The position numbers and the translations under genes are program-made. From contig JAXGOY010000005.1 of NCBI GenBank assembly GCA_040767225.1, positions 749 through 64,748 on the forward strand: a stretch of DNA of 64,000 nt, written 5' to 3'. Below, one piece after another: positions 61,121 to 64,000 of this stretch. Each line of letters begins with the position of its first letter. Positions within the stretch are counted from its first letter, which is position 1. This DNA is from Candidatus Dojkabacteria bacterium (GTDB taxonomy: Bacteria; Patescibacteriota; Dojkabacteria; SC72). The notes beneath the pieces were generated by a model. The model ran no database searches. It was not told where the DNA came from and was given only the letters and a program-made list of their open reading frames with translations.

Positions 61121-64000
61121 TTAAATTACTTCATTAAACTGCATTCCATCTACATATCCAGCTTCTGCATCACATTTAGGACAGTAATAGTGTTCTCCAG
61201 CAATATATCCATGTTTAGGGCATATACTAAAAGTAGGAGTAATTGAGAAATATGGAAGTTTGTAATTCTCGGCTACCTTTCTTACAAGAGTCTTTACACT
61301 CTGTGTAGAGGGCATTCTTTCACCTAAGAATATATGTAGTACTGTACCTCCTGTGTATTTACACTGGAATTCATCTTGTAAATCAAGAGCATCAAATACA
61401 TCATCTGTAAAACCTACAGGAAGCTGAGAAGAGTTTGTATAGTATGGGGATTCGTTCATCTTTTTACCTAAATCCGATGCTGCTATTATTTTATCTCCAT
61501 ACTTCTTTTTATCTGCTTTTGCAAATCTGTAAGTTGTACTTTCACCAGGAGTAGCCTCTAAGTTAAACAACTGATTTGTCTGAAGTTGGTAATCCATTAA
61601 TCTTTCTCTCATATGATCCATTATTTCTAAACCAAACTTTCTTCCTTTTGCAGACGTAATATCATTTCCTTCACCAAGGAAGTTAATTAAAGCCTCATTT
61701 AAACCAAGAATCCCAATTGTATTAAAATGATTCTTAAAATATTCACCAAACCTCTCTTTAATATCTTTTAAGTAAAACTTTGAGTATGGGTATAATCCTT
61801 GATCCATATACTTCTCAATTTGAGACCTTTTAATTAACAAACTCTGCTTAGCAAGGTCCATAAGCTTGTCTAATCTCTTAAAGAAGTCCTTTTTATCTTT
61901 TGCAAGATATCCAATTCTTGGCATATTAATAGTCACAACACCAATACTACCAGTAAGAGGATTAGCACCAAACAAGCCTCCTCCTCTCTTTCTAAGCTCT
62001 CTGTTGTCTAATCTAAGTCTACAGTTGTGTGTTAGAATTCCTGTTGTTCCTACAGTAAACATCGGGATATCATTTGATACTTCAAAGCAGTATGCTGTTG
62101 AATTTGAAATTTTTTCTATATCTTTTATTTTTACCCATAATTTTCTATCTTTCTTAAACCAGAAATCTCCATACTGCTTCCTCCCCAGCTTATATATTAA
62201 AACTGCAAAGTTGGGAGCCTTTCCTAATCGATTACTTCTATTATCTTCATATACTGAGGTTGCTGTACCAAGTGTCGCAGCAAGCATATTTAATGATTCA
62301 ACCATTTTCTTTGAAGATGTATATATTCTATTTCTATTCCCACCGTCAGTAGCAAGATGCCCTTCAAGCACTCCTAATCTGAATTCTTTTGATGTACCAT
62401 ACAATCTTGCTGTATATGTTTTTTCTGTTTCTTTTCCATCTATATAATCCTTACACAAACCAACCGCAGCTCTAGAGTAAATCCTCAATGTAAAAAGCTT
62501 AGAAATTTTTTCTTCTTTTGTTGAATAGTTTGCACCAAAATACTCTTGTGCAATACTAATTAATCTTTTTACAACATCAGTCTTTTGTTCTGAAGAAAGA
62601 GAAAATACAACAGTAGTATCTCCATCAAATGAGCCATCACCAGCAAATGCACCCACAAAATATCCCAAATCACTATTACCGCCACTTCCTTCATAGCTAT
62701 TCAAAGAGTAAGGAAGATACATATCATTAGTAAGATTGGCTCCCTTGATCTCTTCAATATCTGATTTAATATCTCTTAATACATAATTAAGATGTTGTTC
62801 AGACATCTTTATAATATGACCATTTGATAGTTCAACCTTAATCATTTTTTGATTTTCATATCTGTTAAATTTTCCCTTAACAAACCTACCATCACTATAT
62901 ATCTCATATTCATTCTGTTTGGAGTTTCCCTCATAAATATTCCTTATACTTGAATATTCCAACCCCCTTCCTCTTGAGGATTTTATTAATACTTTTTCAT
63001 CTCCTGCCAAAGGACACATAGATCTTGCATCATCTGGACTCATATCAGAGTTAATAAAATTGGAGAAGTAGGGAATCCCATATTTAGCAGTCATTTCCCA
63101 TAATGACTCGTACTTGGGACTGTCCCAATCAAAATCCTTAGTTATATTATATGTAGGAATAGGGTAGGAGAATAACCTCCCTTGTGCATCGCCTTCCATC
63201 ATAACTTCACAGAATGCCTCGTTTAGCATGTCCATTTCTTTTTGAAAATCTCCGTATTTCTCCTTTTGAGGCTTCCCCCCTATAATCACATTTTCTTTTG
63301 CTAACATACCGTTTGGAACAAGGTCCATTGTTATATTAGAAAAAGGAGTATTACCTGTTATAAAGACCTTTCCATTTCTTCTTGCAATAATCGTTTCATT
63401 TACAGTATGAGGACACCATATGATTCCATCATATTTAACCTTTTTAATTTTTGTAATATATGTATCCTTGTGTCTTATCAATCTTAAGACATATATAGGC
63501 TTACTGCCGATTGTAGGCTCTCTTGTTAGTACTGTTGTTCCATATCCTGCATTTACAGCAATCATCTGCAAGCCATCAATTATTTCTTTACTAGTACATG
63601 CAATTTTATTTGTTTCAAATCCATCACCTTTAATATATGTATCAAGAAACACTCTTGATTGCCTTTGGCTTAAATTAAAGATCCTCTTCGGAATCTTTTT
63701 AATATCTTCGTTATCAAACCACTTTAATACTTTTTTAGAGTCATTAGCATTAAGCCTTAGTCTTGCAACATTACTACCCAGCCCCTTTTTCTTTGTCTCT
63801 GAAAACTCTAAATTAAAGTGTTTAAGAAGCTTTACAATCTCATTATATTTCTCCTTATTTTTAATCTTAGACTGATATATACTTAGTCTCCTGAATCTTC
63901 CATCCCTTTCTAATGTGCCCTCTGTTAATATCCATGTAATTAACTTAATCTGTTCATCGCTGATATTATAATCTCCGACATTAGAGTCTGAAGCAATTGG
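61121..64000 (-). CDS. nrdD: Class III (anaerobic) ribonucleotide reductase large chain with two inteins; 5' end outside window
   Basis: Frame open to 64000; TPFSNITMD, FSYPIPTYN, RSMC/CRL, EATPGEST, YTGGT, CPKH...CPKC. Confidence 0.95.
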   Translation of the reverse strand, partial: PIASDSNVGDYNISDEQIKLITWILTEGTLERDGRFRRLSIYQSKIKNKEKYNEIVKLLKHFNLEFSETKKKGLGSNVARLRLNANDSKKVLKWFDNEDIKKIPKRIFNLSQRQSRVFLDTYIKGDGFETNKIACTSKEIIDGLQMIAVNAGYGTTVLTREPTIGSKPIYVLRLIRHKDTYITKIKKVKYDGIIWCPHTVNETIIARRNGKVFITGNTPFSNITMDLVPNGMLAKENVIIGGKPQKEKYGDFQKEMDMLNEAFCEVMMEGDAQGRLFSYPIPTYNITKDFDWDSPKYESLWEMTAKYGIPYFSNFINSDMSPDDARSMCPLAGDEKVLIKSSRGRGLEYSSIRNIYEGNSKQNEYEIYSDGRFVKGKFNRYENQKMIKVELSNGHIIKMSEQHLNYVLRDIKSDIEEIKGANLTNDMYLPYSLNSYEGSGGNSDLGYFVGAFAGDGSFDGDTTVVFSLSSEQKTDVVKRLISIAQEYFGANYSTKEEKISKLFTLRIYSRAAVGLCKDYIDGKETEKTYTARLYGTSKEFRLGVLEGHLATDGGNRNRIYTSSKKMVESLNMLAATLGTATSVYEDNRSNRLGKAPNFAVLIYKLGRKQYGDFWFKKDRKLWVKIKDIEKISNSTAYCFEVSNDIPMFTVGTTGILTHNCRLRLDNRELRKRGGGLFGANPLTGSIGVVTINMPRIGYLAKDKKDFFKRLDKLMDLAKQSLLIKRSQIEKYMDQGLYPYSKFYLKDIKERFGEYFKNHFNTIGILGLNEALINFLGEGNDITSAKGRKFGLEIMDHMRERLMDYQLQTNQLFNLEATPGESTTYRFAKADKKKYGDKIIAASDLGKKMNESPYYTNSSQLPVGFTDDVFDALDLQDEFQCKYTGGTVLHIFLGERMPSTQSVKTLVRKVAENYKLPYFSITPTFSICPKHGYIAGEHYYCPKCDAEAGYVDGMQFNEVI
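62024..63013 (-). mobile_element. Intein with LAGLIDADG homing endonuclease in nrdD (330 aa if it starts at Pro)
   Basis: PLAGDEKVLI block A, SEQH block B, VGAFAGDG and LEGHLATDG, AYCFEV block F, ILTHN/C junction. Confidence 0.9.
63350..64000 (-). mobile_element. C-terminal part of another LAGLIDADG intein in nrdD
   Basis: LITWILTEG, FLDTYIKGDG, IWCPHT..ARRNGKVFITGN/T junction. Confidence 0.88.

Noticed and set aside
61866-62447. 193-aa plus-strand ORF and the many other short antisense ORFs in the track
   Set aside because: These are shadow ORFs opposite well-supported genes and carry no motifs.
1-64000. CRISPR array, prophage, IS elements, rRNA, tmRNA or RNase P RNA
   Set aside because: No regularly spaced repeats, phage or transposase genes, or long structured intergenic regions were seen.

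Overview
AT-rich, gene-dense bacterial chromosome segment using the standard genetic code. It looks like a Patescibacteria/CPR genome, plausibly Dojkabacteria (inferred from gene content and style, not proven). Most of the window is housekeeping: ftsQAZ plus a SEDS gene, rplU/rpmA/rplS, parAB, gatCAB, ddl, rnhB, lgt, a HelD-like ATPase, gpmI, dnaE, uvrBC, mutL, lexA, nrdDG and 10 tRNAs. There are two accessory blocks. The first is a ~6.3 kb, heavily frameshifted type III restriction-modification cassette with an extra nuclease gene, bracketed by ~190 bp diverged direct repeats and lacking any integrase. The second is a locus of large Cys-rich surface proteins beside tRNA-Pro. The most unusual observations: (1) the class III ribonucleotide reductase is split, with its glycyl-radical loop on a separate 46-aa gene, and carries two inteins, one apparently starting with Pro between the two active-site cysteines; (2) FtsA has an insertion resembling the FtsZ C-terminal peptide; (3) an Lgt-PAP2 fusion; (4) a candidate LexA operator GTATACTA-N4-TAGTATAC; (5) widespread leaderless-type promoters; (6) several apparent pseudoenzymes. 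All family calls come from motif recognition by eye; no searches were run.
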